A stretch of 64,000 bases of DNA from a virus (IMGVR_UViG_2872922060_000001:1-64000), one strand, 5' to 3'; positions 48,230-57,771 are shown, counted from the first letter of the stretch. Translations and numbers: made by a program. Notes: a model not told the origin generated them from the sequence alone.

Positions 48230-48475
48230 TCACTTCTCGGTGGCGTGGTCGGTGGCTTGTGCGGCTCGGATCTCGTCGGCGGTGACCGTCTCGAAGTGCC
48301 ACCACCGTCCGCCCTCCCACTGCTCAACCTTGGCGGACTCGGCGGGGCTGTCGGCGCCCAGGCTGGCGCGGATGAAGGCGTAGGTCTTCGCCTCGCTGGT
48401 GAACGAGGACGTTGTCTCCACCTCAGGACCCGTGACGGTCACGCGCCACGGCTTCGACGGCTTCTTCACGGACAT
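48230..48475 (-). CDS. Hypothetical protein (paralogue of 15280-15540)
   Basis: KKPSKPWR...ATEK. Confidence 0.7.
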   Translation of the reverse strand: MSVKKPSKPWRVTVTGPEVETTSSFTSEAKTYAFIRASLGADSPAESAKVEQWEGGRWWHFETVTADEIRAAQATDHATEK

Positions 48476-48535
48476 GGTCGGCATCCTTTCTCCTTGGGAC
48501 CCCGTCCGGGTGGTCCGGGCGGGGTGTGGAACGGG

Positions 48536-49369
48536 TCAGGCGTTGCCTTGTGCTGTGAACTTCCCGCTCTCGCTGCGCGGGGCACCATGGCGTCCCTTTC
48601 CCGGACGAGCCGAGTGCGCCGCCTGCACCTGGTCGGCCGCGTACAGGCTCTCGCCGCCGCGCCCCGGCGCCCGGCCCACCGCGTGCAGTCCCCAGCGGGA
48701 CAGCTGCTTGCGGGCGCTGCCGGTCGCGGACTCTCCCTCGTAGCCGAGGTGTTCGGCGACCCGGCTGATCGGCCAACGCTCGTAGTCCCGGGTGGCGTAA
48801 GCGTCGAGGTCATCGACGTGCCACAGCGGCATCCGGCCGTTGAGGGCATAGTGGCGCGGCTGCGGTGCGTTGCCGGCTTTCTGGAGGAGGATCCACGCGT
48901 CGTTACTGACGACGATGCCGTGCTCTCCCAGGTAGCGCAGGGACTGGTCCCGGGTCAGGCACCGGTCCTCGCGCGCCGCGTCTGCTGACGGCACCCGCTC
49001 GTCGAGGGGTTCCATGCGGCTGCGCGCGCCGGCGATCGGCCAGGCGTCGTGGGGCATCTGGCGGGCGTTGTACTCCAGCCACTCCTCCGGCGTCGTCTCG
49101 GCGTCTCGCGGGAGTGGCTCCAGGTTGGTCATGAAGCGCAGGTCGGGCTCGGCGCCGATCCGGTCGGCTTCGGGGCCGGTGCCGTACATGTACTGGTGGT
49201 TCGGGCGGTCGCCTTTGGTCCGTCCGGTGTCGCACAGTACGCCGAGCGGCTGCTGCCCGAAGGACATGTGGATGGCCTCTGCCAGTGCGCGGGCCTTCGG
49301 AGTGAGAGTGTCGAGATCGACCTCAGCGGGCGCGGACGCCCTGCGGATCTTGAGCTTGACGGTGGTCAT
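48536..49369 (-). CDS. Protein with tandem AlpA/excisionase-like HTH domains
   Basis: 'APQP...GR.PLW..DDLD.Y' and 'VA.HLG...SARKQLSRWG....R...Y....V'. Confidence 0.65.
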   Translation of the reverse strand: MTTVKLKIRRASAPAEVDLDTLTPKARALAEAIHMSFGQQPLGVLCDTGRTKGDRPNHQYMYGTGPEADRIGAEPDLRFMTNLEPLPRDAETTPEEWLEYNARQMPHDAWPIAGARSRMEPLDERVPSADAAREDRCLTRDQSLRYLGEHGIVVSNDAWILLQKAGNAPQPRHYALNGRMPLWHVDDLDAYATRDYERWPISRVAEHLGYEGESATGSARKQLSRWGLHAVGRAPGRGGESLYAADQVQAAHSARPGKGRHGAPRSESGKFTAQGNA

Positions 49370-49398
49370 CGGCGCGTCCTTGGGTGAGGGCGGGAGGG

Positions 49399-49932
49399 TC
49401 ACATGTAGCGGGGGTTGAAGTACTCGTTGTCGCGGGCGTCGGCGGCGGCGTCCAGGGCGTCCTCGCGCTCCCACATCTCTTCGAGAGCCGCGTAGAAGGC
49501 GGGGGCCTCGTCGGCGAGGCGCTGGGTGTTGATGTGGTAGACGGCCTGGTCACCGTCGGTGTAGGCGAGTCCGAGGGTTTCCAGGGTGCGTCCGTAGTCG
49601 CCCCAGGTCTCCTGGGTCAGGCCGAGGTAGATCTTGTCTTGGCGGTAGGGGTCGTTGGTGGGGGTGACGGGGGTGCCGTTCTTGAAGGCGGCTTCGAGGG
49701 CGGTTGCCTCTCCGCGGATTCCGAAGGAGCCGTCCTTCATCTGGACGATGGTGCCGGTGGTGGTCATGGCCTTGGCCTTCCTGGCGCCGATGGCGATGCG
49801 GGCGGCGAGGGAGACGCTGTCGATGACCCACCGGCCGGCCTGCTTGGCGGCGGTGATGACTCCGCGGCGGCACCAGGTGCGGATGGTGGCGACGGTGACG
49901 TTGGCCTGGATGGCGGCTGCGGTGGTGTTCAT
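49399..49932 (-). CDS. N-terminal HTH_17/MerR-like domain protein
   Basis: 'MNTTAAA..A.VT.ATIR.WCR.G.I.A.K..GRWVID..SL'. Confidence 0.8.
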   Translation of the reverse strand: MNTTAAAIQANVTVATIRTWCRRGVITAAKQAGRWVIDSVSLAARIAIGARKAKAMTTTGTIVQMKDGSFGIRGEATALEAAFKNGTPVTPTNDPYRQDKIYLGLTQETWGDYGRTLETLGLAYTDGDQAVYHINTQRLADEAPAFYAALEEMWEREDALDAAADARDNEYFNPRYM

Positions 49933-49958
49933 CGTGGGTTCCCTCCCTGGCGATGACT

Positions 49959-49987
49959 CCATAATGCCTCACGATGAGGCGTTATGG
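49959..49987. promoter_or_regulatory. Inverted repeat in divergent promoter region (putative operator)
   Basis: ccataatgcctca-cga-tgaggcgttatgg, overlapping a TTGCCA -35 on the minus strand. Confidence 0.6.
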
Positions 49988-50052
49988 CAAGGGGGTTTAC
50001 CCGTCTCTATCCAGAAGATCCGTTTGTCAGTGCCACCAGCGAAGATGCCCCC

Positions 50053-50238
50053 ATGACGATCACCATGCAGAGCTACGCCTTCACCTGGACCGACCCGGAG
50101 GGCACACCCCGCGCGTCGGCTGTCGCCTACGACAAGGCCAGCGCGGACCGGCGGGAAAGGGAACTCGAGGCCACGGGCGCCACCAGCATCAGACGGGTGC
50201 CTGTGGCGCCCGGGGAACTGCCGGAAGTGGAGGGCTGA
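50053..50238 (+). CDS. Small hypothetical protein
   Basis: 61 aa, high GC3. Confidence 0.5.
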   Translation: MTITMQSYAFTWTDPEGTPRASAVAYDKASADRRERELEATGATSIRRVPVAPGELPEVEG

Positions 50239-50428
50239 CGCGCGTCCGCCCCGCCACGACGGGGGATGCGCGGACGGGGCGGACGGCTGGACGCTCGCCC
50301 GGCTATCAGCCGGCGACCTCCCGGGTGCCACGGTTTCCCGATGGCAGACGAGCGAGCACTACGCCCAGCATGGCACGTTGCACTGACAACGGTCCCCAGG
50401 GAGTGCGAGAAGCGGTGGCCGGGGCAGG

Positions 50429-50692
50429 TTACGGGCCTTCCTCACGCCGCCGGGCAAGGGCCCACACGGCCAGCGGCCACGGCACCAGCCCGATCAGGTA
50501 CACGAGTACGTGGCAGGCCGCGCACCGCAGCGGATACTCCCGCATGAGGGTTGCCATCTCGGGGTCGGTGCGCGCCACGTTCTGATAGTGCTGGCGGACG
50601 CTGCCGAGGGTGATGTCCAGTTCGGCAAGGACGACGATCCCGGTGATGAGGTACAGGCTGGTGAGGACGAAGACGGTGTCTTGCACGGTCAC
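50429..50692 (-). CDS. Small membrane protein
   Basis: Two TM segments; coupled. Confidence 0.5.
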   Translation of the reverse strand: MTVQDTVFVLTSLYLITGIVVLAELDITLGSVRQHYQNVARTDPEMATLMREYPLRCAACHVLVYLIGLVPWPLAVWALARRREEGP

Positions 50693-50907
50693 GGCCTCTC
50701 CCAGTCCCCGGTGTCGTTCGCCCCCTCCGCAACGTCGGCCTTGTGCTCGTCGATGGTGCGTTGCGTGTCCTGGTCGGCCACGATCCGCTGGAAACCGCAG
50801 GAGCAGAACACGGCCGTGGCGCCGGTTTGCTCACTGATCACCCAGTTGTTGTCGTCCACGTACTCGGTCGTGTCGCGCTCCCACGACATCTCATGCTGCA
50901 CGGTCAC
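50689..50907 (-). CDS. Small hypothetical protein
   Basis: GAGGTG RBS; CSCG. Confidence 0.5.
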   Translation of the reverse strand: MTVQHEMSWERDTTEYVDDNNWVISEQTGATAVFCSCGFQRIVADQDTQRTIDEHKADVAEGANDTGDWERP

Positions 50908-51362
50908 GGGTTCACCTCGTTTTCGATGATGCGGATGGTAGGGCATGGCCAGGGGACGAGGTACTGGTAGCCGTCGCCGCCGTCCTGGCTGCACGTGCCG
51001 CAATGGTTGGAGTCAGGGAAGCCGGAGCCGTCCGGTTGGGGTTTATGCAGGGCCCGGATCTTGCCGATGACGTCCAGGAGCTGCTGGCGGGTGGGCTTGC
51101 GGTACGGCTCCCACCAGTCCGGCGGGTCGACGAGGAGCGGCGTGGAGCGGCGTTCGATGGCAGCCTTCTCGCCACGTTCGTCGAGGTGCCGATGCCCGTC
51201 CGCGGTGAGGTGGAATGCCTCGTAGTGGATGTGAACGGTTCCGTCAGGGTGCGGGGCGAGGTACAGGTCGGCGTCGAGGGGGACGTCTTTGGGGCGGATG
51301 TTGTTGGCGGTGAGCCACGCGCAGAGTTCCTCGCGGCGGGCCTCGGCCGGGGCGCCGGCCAT
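50904..51362 (-). CDS. Hypothetical phage protein
   Basis: 'RALH.P...C..C...WPCPT' motif common in actinophages. Confidence 0.6.
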   Translation of the reverse strand: MAGAPAEARREELCAWLTANNIRPKDVPLDADLYLAPHPDGTVHIHYEAFHLTADGHRHLDERGEKAAIERRSTPLLVDPPDWWEPYRKPTRQQLLDVIGKIRALHKPQPDGSGFPDSNHCGTCSQDGGDGYQYLVPWPCPTIRIIENEVNP

Positions 51363-51670
51363 CAGGCACCGTCCTCTGTGGGCTGGAGGGCGACGTGCGG
51401 GTAGGCGCGTACGTGGGCCACGTCCTCGTTGGGGACGCTCTTGCCTCCGAGGGGCCTGGCCGGTGTTTCGGCCCAGCCAGCGTGGACGCTGGGGAAGACG
51501 ACGAGCTGGGCGCCTGATTCGATGCACAGGTCGTTGGCGCCGATGATGCGAATTCGGCCTTGGCGGAGGCAGATGGGATCGTGGCTGATGAAGGCTACGG
51601 TGTCGCCTTCGGTGAGGGGGCGGCCGCTGTAGTCGACGGCCTGGGGCTGGGGCGTGTCGCTGGTGGGCAT
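51362..51670 (-). CDS. Hypothetical protein (SH3/KOW-like)
   Basis: 'D..GRPL..GD.VA' start. Confidence 0.5.
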   Translation of the reverse strand: MPTSDTPQPQAVDYSGRPLTEGDTVAFISHDPICLRQGRIRIIGANDLCIESGAQLVVFPSVHAGWAETPARPLGGKSVPNEDVAHVRAYPHVALQPTEDGA

Positions 51671-51760
51671 GACTCTACGGTCCCGCGAATTCACGGGCGT
51701 CGTTCCCCTGGTTCTGTGCGCGGCCCGGCAGCGTGGGGGGGGAGGGCTGCCGGGTCCGGG

Positions 51761-52810
51761 TCAGCTGGCCCAGGTGCCGTGCAGCGCCGACGTGGTGAAG
51801 CCGGGCCCGTACGCCACCATCAGCACACCGGCGCCATCAGCCGGGGCCTGGTCGTGAGTGCGCTCCAGTACCCGCAGCACAGCGGGCCCGCCAAGATTGC
51901 CTTCCTCCGCGAGCGTGTCCAGGGAGTGCCGGGCGTCGTCCTCGGTCAGGCCGAGAGCGGTCGCGGTGTCGAGGATGATCGGGCGGGACCCGGGGTGGAT
52001 GACGGGGACGGTGACGGGCCGGCCGCCGAGCCAGTCGACGACGGCGGGCATCGCAGCACGGGCGCCGCCCGAGGATTTCTTCGTGGAGTCGAAGTGGAGG
52101 CCGTCGGGGTCGATGCGGCCCCAGTAGTAGTCGAGGGAGTCGGGGAGGACGTACTCGTAGAGGTCGCCGGGGCCGTGGATGGTGAGGCCGGGTCCGGTGG
52201 GGTGGGTGGACACGATGGTGGCGGCCGCGGAGTCCCCGAAGAGGGCTTTGTAGATCATGTGCTCGATGCCTGTATCGCCGTGCTGGTAGCTGGTGGAGAG
52301 GACTTCGGCGGCGACGACGAGGATGCGGCCTCCGGGGCGGAGGAGGGCTTGTTCGGTGGCGCGGATGAGGGCGTGGGCGCCGCCTGCGCAGGCTGCGGAG
52401 GTGAGGGCGGTGCGGTGGACGGCGGGGTTGAGGCCGAGCCGGCCCACGAGGTGCACGTCCAAGTTGGGAACGGACCAGCCGGTGGCGTGGGTGGTGACGA
52501 TGCCGGTGATGTCCGCGGGTGTCAGGCCGTGCTGGGTGAGGGCGGTGCGTGCGGCTTCCTCGGCCAGGTTCAGGGCGTCGTTGAACGCTTGTTGGGTGCG
52601 GGCGTGGACGTCGGCGGTGCCGGTGATGGTGTCCGCGGTGAGGGGCTGCGTGAAGTACCGGGACTGGACGCCGCAGTTGTTGATGACGCGGAGGATCGCG
52701 CCGAGCCGCGGGTGGTCGGGGTGGTGGGCGGCGATGTCGTCGGCTATCTCGCTGGTTGTGATCTTGTGCGGGGCGAGGACGGTGACGGGGCGGGCGACAT
52801 GGACGGGCAC
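51761..52810 (-). CDS. Type III polyketide synthase (chalcone synthase/RppA/PhlD family)
   Basis: Triad Cys (ACAGG), His (IHPGS), Asn (EGNLG); also 'ALFGDSAAA', 'AAEVLS' and 'AYGPGFT'; AGGGG RBS before GTG. Confidence 0.92.
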   Translation of the reverse strand: MPVHVARPVTVLAPHKITTSEIADDIAAHHPDHPRLGAILRVINNCGVQSRYFTQPLTADTITGTADVHARTQQAFNDALNLAEEAARTALTQHGLTPADITGIVTTHATGWSVPNLDVHLVGRLGLNPAVHRTALTSAACAGGAHALIRATEQALLRPGGRILVVAAEVLSTSYQHGDTGIEHMIYKALFGDSAAATIVSTHPTGPGLTIHGPGDLYEYVLPDSLDYYWGRIDPDGLHFDSTKKSSGGARAAMPAVVDWLGGRPVTVPVIHPGSRPIILDTATALGLTEDDARHSLDTLAEEGNLGGPAVLRVLERTHDQAPADGAGVLMVAYGPGFTTSALHGTWAS

Positions 52811-52944
52811 GGGCTTCCCCCTGGGGTGTGCTGACCTGGTAGGGGCCAAGGTACGGCGCAGTTGGCGTGATTGTTTCCCCTGCCGTTCGGTTTCTGCTCG
52901 CGCAGCGACCGAAATGCCGGGACAAACCCAGACCCAAGGGGTGT

Positions 52945-53769
52945 CTACTGGGCTTGGAGCATGGTTCGGCGTGTGGTGGTGCGGCGGGGGCCCGGCCGAA
53001 AAATGAGGATCATGAATCGTGATCCGGGGGCGGCCATGGGCTGCGCCACGCACATCGTGACCCAGCCGTCCCCTTCGGTGGCGTGCCGGATGGGCCGCTC
53101 GTCGCCGTCGGGGTGAATGCTCGCGCCGCCGGCTTCGTACAGGGGCCGGGATATGGGGTCGGCGAGGACGTCGTGCTCGATGTCGCGGAGGACGGTGTCG
53201 TCGGGGCGCTGTGCGAGGGCGGCGCGGAGCTGGGGCATGACGAACGGTGCCCAGGCGGTCGCCCAGTCGGTGAGCTGGTTCCGTCCGTCGAGGAGCATCC
53301 ACCGCATGGTGTTGGCGGGTGCGCGGCCGCCGTGGAACAGGGTGTGGAACTGCGGGTTGCAGGCGAGGACGTTCCAGGAGGCGTCGGTGACGTACGCCAT
53401 GTGGGTCATGCCGTTGACGGCGTCCTGCCAGGCGCCGGGTACCTGGTCGCCGGAGGTGTCGTACAGGGGGCCGGGCGGGTCTTCGCCGCGGGCGTACCGG
53501 CACAGGGCCATCCATTCCTGTTCGTTGAACTGGAGCAGGGTCGCGATGTCGCGGAGGAGGTCGGCCGGCGGGTTGGGGTAGGTGCCTGATTCGAGGCGGT
53601 GGCAGGTGCCGCGGGCCCGGTTGATGAGCTCGTCGACCTGGTGCTGGGACAGGCCGGGGGCGCGGCGTCCTTGCCGGTTGGGCCGGGTGAGGCCGTGTGC
53701 TTCGGGGGCTATGCGGGCGCGGGCGTCTTTGAGGAGCTTTTTCAGTGCGGGCTTGTCTGGTTTGTTCAC
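52945..53769 (-). CDS. MmyB-family regulator (XRE HTH plus PAS-like ligand-binding domain)
   Basis: 'RARI.P...GL....GRR.PGLSQ..V', 'RLE.G', 'AYVTD..W.VLA.N', 'N.MRW' and 'DW...WA'. Confidence 0.88.
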   Translation of the reverse strand: MNKPDKPALKKLLKDARARIAPEAHGLTRPNRQGRRAPGLSQHQVDELINRARGTCHRLESGTYPNPPADLLRDIATLLQFNEQEWMALCRYARGEDPPGPLYDTSGDQVPGAWQDAVNGMTHMAYVTDASWNVLACNPQFHTLFHGGRAPANTMRWMLLDGRNQLTDWATAWAPFVMPQLRAALAQRPDDTVLRDIEHDVLADPISRPLYEAGGASIHPDGDERPIRHATEGDGWVTMCVAQPMAAPGSRFMILIFRPGPRRTTTRRTMLQAQ

Positions 53770-54185
53770 TGGTGTGTTCGTCCCCCGGGGTTGCTGACTG
53801 CTCGGCAAGTGTAATTAGTGGGATGGTTTTTAATCCAAAAAATCTTCCGTAGAAAAGAGGTGGGTGTGTGATGCATGCTCAGTTCTGCGTGGCGCTGGCC
53901 TGCCAGGTTGTTGCTGGTGACCGCGTGGATACACTCGCCGGTAACCTTTGGCCAAAGATTGTTGGGCCGGTTTGTGAAGGGTTGCAGGCGGGTCCCGGGA
54001 ACTCCCGGTGGCTTTAGGCTGGTTCGGGCGCCGTTTCCCTTCGGGGAATCGCAGCGCGGCACCCGATCCCGACCACGAAGTCTTCACGGGGTGTTTCCGG
54101 ACGGTGCCCGGTCACGGCCGGTGCCCTACCGCCCCACTCCAGGGGCCTCGGCACCGGCCGCCGGCACGCCCAGGGCCTGTCACGA

Positions 54186-54674
54186 CTAGGACTGCCTAGT
54201 TGCGTTGGACGGCTGCACGCCCTTGAGCACAGCCAGCTCCCGCTGCGCCTCGACCAGCCGAGCCAGGTACTCCGCGGCCTGCGTCTTCCAGTCCGGTGCC
54301 GCGCCAGCCCGAATCCTGCCGGTCATGAACCGGTCCCAGCCCTCCAGCGCGTACTCCAGATCCCGGATACGGGCACGGAGCCCGTCGGGATCGCGGCCCT
54401 GCCGGAGTTCGGCGACCTCGGCCTCAAGGCGCCGTACGTCGGCGGCTGTGCGGGCCTTCTGCCGTTCCCGGCCCTTCTCGTAGCCCCGCATGAACGCGGC
54501 CTTGCGTTCCTCGCGGGGGCACTCCTCGATCCAGGGCAGGAGAGCAGCGGCCGCGTCCCGGTGTTCCTGGGCGCGTTCGGGGTTTTCCTGCTCGAGCTCG
54601 GCGATGCCCCGGTAGTCATACTCGCGGGATAGCTGGTCGGCGAGGCGCTGCTCGCGGGTGAGGTCTTCAGGCAC
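54186..54674 (-). CDS. Coiled-coil hypothetical protein
   Basis: Helical and charged. Confidence 0.5.
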   Translation of the reverse strand: MPEDLTREQRLADQLSREYDYRGIAELEQENPERAQEHRDAAAALLPWIEECPREERKAAFMRGYEKGRERQKARTAADVRRLEAEVAELRQGRDPDGLRARIRDLEYALEGWDRFMTGRIRAGAAPDWKTQAAEYLARLVEAQRELAVLKGVQPSNATRQS

Positions 54675-54900
54675 GACGGTCCTCAAGGTGTTGGTGGGCG
54701 TCGCGGTGCTCGCCGCAGGTCTGCCCGAACAGGTCGGCCCGGCAGTGCAGGCCGGGCCCTTCGAACGTGTGGTGGCCGATCGTGGCCACGCTGAACGCCG
54801 CCTGCTGGCCGGCGAGCGGCGCCGGCGTCGGCTGAGCGAGGAGAGCTTCCACGCGCTCAAGACGGCGAATGATCTCCCGTTTCGACACGAACCGCCTCAC
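54667..54900 (-). CDS. Small hypothetical protein
   Basis: GGAGG RBS; H..C..C...H. Confidence 0.5.
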   Translation of the reverse strand: MRRFVSKREIIRRLERVEALLAQPTPAPLAGQQAAFSVATIGHHTFEGPGLHCRADLFGQTCGEHRDAHQHLEDRRA

Positions 54901-55715
54901 GCGTCCTCCAGGTCTACGCCACCGACGAGTACGCGAAGCCGAGAGTGCCGGGACGGGCGGGCCGCCATCTCGTCCACCGAGGGCCAGTCGTCCGCGCAGA
55001 TCCCGTACTTCGGCGGCTGCCATCGGGGCCGGTAGTGCCGGTAGACCTTCTCCCAATCCGCCTTGAAGTAGCAGGGCAGCAGACCACCCGTGTTCGGGAT
55101 GGGCTCCGGAGCCTGCTCGTTCTGTGCGCGGACCTGCTCGGCGACGCGGTCGGCGTGATCCTTGTGCCGCTTGCAGAACCAGCGCGCGGTGATCCACCCG
55201 GTCCGGGGGTCCTTCTCGAGGACACGGTGGTGGGATTGGGCACCGCACACGCCGTCTTCGGTGCGCCAGTCACGGGGCGGGGTATAACCGGGCGTGACGT
55301 GCACGAATGTGGGCGGCAGCTTGTGCAGGCGGGTCGGCTCGGGCAGCCCGGCCTGGGCGCGGGGCTTGTAGGCCCTGGGGCGGTACGGGCGAAGGCGAGG
55401 GCCTTCGCAGGAGGGCGCTCCGGACGGGTACCAGTCGCCGGCTTCCCGGGGCGGCTTGTAGCGGGGCGCGTCGTCGGCGATGAGCCGGTCGTAGCGGGCC
55501 TTGCCGTGATCGACACCCAGCTTCCGGCGGGCGACCTTCAACGGGCTGACGCCGTCCTCACGCTTGGCGAGGTCGACGGCGTAGCCGATGGCGAGGAGGA
55601 GTTCCCGGGTCTCGTGGCCGACGCGGGGGTCTTCGTAGACGGCAGCGACGAACTCGGGGAACGTCCGCTTGGGGCGCTGTTCCTGTGCGGGGGCCGGTAC
55701 GGAGCGGAGCATCAT
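54897..55715 (-). CDS. Hypothetical protein
   Basis: GAGGAGG RBS; coupled string. Confidence 0.6.
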   Translation of the reverse strand: MMLRSVPAPAQEQRPKRTFPEFVAAVYEDPRVGHETRELLLAIGYAVDLAKREDGVSPLKVARRKLGVDHGKARYDRLIADDAPRYKPPREAGDWYPSGAPSCEGPRLRPYRPRAYKPRAQAGLPEPTRLHKLPPTFVHVTPGYTPPRDWRTEDGVCGAQSHHRVLEKDPRTGWITARWFCKRHKDHADRVAEQVRAQNEQAPEPIPNTGGLLPCYFKADWEKVYRHYRPRWQPPKYGICADDWPSVDEMAARPSRHSRLRVLVGGVDLEDA

Positions 55716-56038
55716 GCCTCCTCGTCGACTCGGTGGTCTGGGACCCGGGGCTCGTTGATGCGGCGGACTGTGACGGCGGGGCTGCGGGGCGGGGGCGGGT
55801 CGTTGCGGTGCTTCCACGCGTCCCAGTCCTGCCGCGGGTGGGCGAGGCACCAGGCCAGGTTCTCGGCGGCCAGCACGGCCCAGATCGCCCACCAGCGGGC
55901 ACGGTGGCGGCGGATGGACTGGTCGTACTTCGCCCAGTTCGCCCAGTCGGAGACGCGCCGTGCGGGCCTGTAACGGCCGAGGGCGTAGCCGGCGGTGACC
56001 AGGCCCAGGGCCGCGGCCGCGGCGGCCAGAGGGGTCAC
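55712..56038 (-). CDS. Membrane protein
   Basis: N-terminal TM, Trp-rich. Confidence 0.55.
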   Translation of the reverse strand: MTPLAAAAAALGLVTAGYALGRYRPARRVSDWANWAKYDQSIRRHRARWWAIWAVLAAENLAWCLAHPRQDWDAWKHRNDPPPPRSPAVTVRRINEPRVPDHRVDEEA

Positions 56039-56463
56039 GACACCGTCTCCAAGCTGATCTGCCGCTGGACGGCGGCGAGGACGCTTTCGGGGACGGTCCA
56101 CAGGCCGAGCTGCCCGCGGACTCCGAGAACGGGTTCTGGCAGCAGACGGACGCTTCCGATCTCCCAATGCCACGAGTCAGGGAATCCCCATGGGCGGCAG
56201 CAGCCGGTGTCCTCGTGGCAGCCGACCACGTCGAAGACGGCGATGATCGCCTTGCGGTAGAGGGGCCAGTCGGTCATGCCGTCGGTCAGTGCGCGCGGTA
56301 CTTGGCTGCTGGGGCGCGGGGTGCGGTCGTCGGCGGCGCCGGCGTGGAGGCAGAGGGTGGTTCCGAGCTGGTTGGCGGGGATGCGGCGGGGACGGTTCTC
56401 GATGCGCTTCGGGCCGTGGGCGATGGCGGCGGCCCACGGCTGTCGGACGGTCAGGGCTCTCAC
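56035..56463 (-). CDS. ASCH domain protein
   Basis: 'ALTVRQPWA.AI..G.K.IENR', 'LHAG' and 'RGQLGLW'. Confidence 0.85.
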   Translation of the reverse strand: MRALTVRQPWAAAIAHGPKRIENRPRRIPANQLGTTLCLHAGAADDRTPRPSSQVPRALTDGMTDWPLYRKAIIAVFDVVGCHEDTGCCRPWGFPDSWHWEIGSVRLLPEPVLGVRGQLGLWTVPESVLAAVQRQISLETVS

Positions 56464-57032
56464 GGGCTGGTCCTCTCGCAGGTGGGATGTTGGTGGGCAG
56501 CCGTACCCATGGCGTGCGGGTAGTCGTAGGCGCCGGGGATCGGCTGCCACGTCTCCCCATGGGCCCCGCAGGTCTTGCACCGCCATCGTTCACCGCCGTC
56601 GACCTGCTCCAGGCCGAACCGGGCATAGAAGGCGTCCAGCTCCGTCTTGCGTTCCTGGTAGATGGTGGTGCGCCGCTTGTAGTCCCTGTAGACGTTGCCC
56701 CGGTAGCGGGGGTCGTCGATCGTCTCGTTCCAGCCCGGCTGGTAGTCGGGGTGGTCGCGGAAGAGGCGGGCGAGGCCGCACATGGTGGTGCAGGGGACGC
56801 CGGCGGTGGCGGTGCAGGTGACGCAGGCTGCGGCGGAGCGGCCGCGGGCGTCGATCCAGATGTTGTGCTGGTTGGCGATGAGGTAGAGGGAGTCGATGCG
56901 GTTCAGTTCGGTGTCGCGGGTCTCGCCTGGCGGGAGCTGTTCGGCAGTCTGCTGGGCTTCGGCGAGGCGGGCGTACACGAAGTCCTCGCAGCGGAACTCC
57001 CACCGCCACGCCGGATCGTCTGGGCCGGTCAC
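56460..57032 (-). CDS. DUF6221-related hypothetical protein
   Basis: 'F..ARL.E...C..C....PC.T...LA..F.DHPDY..GW'. Confidence 0.6.
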   Translation of the reverse strand: MTGPDDPAWRWEFRCEDFVYARLAEAQQTAEQLPPGETRDTELNRIDSLYLIANQHNIWIDARGRSAAACVTCTATAGVPCTTMCGLARLFRDHPDYQPGWNETIDDPRYRGNVYRDYKRRTTIYQERKTELDAFYARFGLEQVDGGERWRCKTCGAHGETWQPIPGAYDYPHAMGTAAHQHPTCERTSP

Positions 57033-57421
57033 TGAGTGTCCCCTTCGGGGTCGTCTGCGCAGCCACAGCGGACTCCGCCGCTATGCCGGGGCGGGTCCGC
57101 AGGGACAGCGCGAAGGTTCGGGCAGCCGTCCGGGAAGGTGGGGCAGCGCTCGATGGTGGCGACGGCCGGGTATAGGTCGGGGAAGGCGAAGCAGGCGTTG
57201 ACGATGTCGGCGAGGATGGCGGCGTTCAGCGGGATCTGTTCGCCTTGCGGGTGCATGCTGCCGCGGACGTAGCCCATAACGGCGGCGTCCTGGAAGAGTG
57301 CGCGTTCGCGGTCAGTGAGGCTGTTGAGGAAGGCGTGGACTCTGTCGGCTCGGGCTGCCTGCCGCTTGGCGAAGTACTCGTTCAAGGCGGCGTCTACCTG
57401 GCTCTCGCGGTAGTCGGTCAC
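57029..57421 (-). CDS. Hypothetical protein
   Basis: GAGG RBS; 'LT.RE.AL..DAAVMGYV.G'. Confidence 0.6.
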   Translation of the reverse strand: MTDYRESQVDAALNEYFAKRQAARADRVHAFLNSLTDRERALFQDAAVMGYVRGSMHPQGEQIPLNAAILADIVNACFAFPDLYPAVATIERCPTFPDGCPNLRAVPADPPRHSGGVRCGCADDPEGDTQ

Positions 57422-57771
57422 AGGCGGGTCCTCTCGGAGGTGTCGGTGGCGGCGAGGATGGCCTTGCAGGTGTTCAGGTCTTCGTCGGCTTGGGTGAGCA
57501 GCTCTCCGCCACCGGCCCAGATCCGGGTGCGCGGCTCGTTTTCCGCGAAGACGACGAGGCCGTGTTCGACGTGGAAGGTGCGGCCGTTGACGCGGCAGGT
57601 CTCGGCTTCGCTCCAGTCGCGGGTGCACAGCCATACGCCGTGGGCGGTCCAGTACTCGGGGCAGGGCGTTGTCCAGATGGGTTCGCCGTTGTCGAAGGTG
57701 GCGGTGTAGAGGAAGACGGGGCGGATCTGTTGGCAATGCTGGCAGCGACCGACCCTGGGAAGCGGGTCCAT
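57418..57771 (-). CDS. Hypothetical Cys-containing protein
   Basis: GGAGG RBS; coupled. Confidence 0.55.
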   Translation of the reverse strand: MDPLPRVGRCQHCQQIRPVFLYTATFDNGEPIWTTPCPEYWTAHGVWLCTRDWSEAETCRVNGRTFHVEHGLVVFAENEPRTRIWAGGGELLTQADEDLNTCKAILAATDTSERTRL

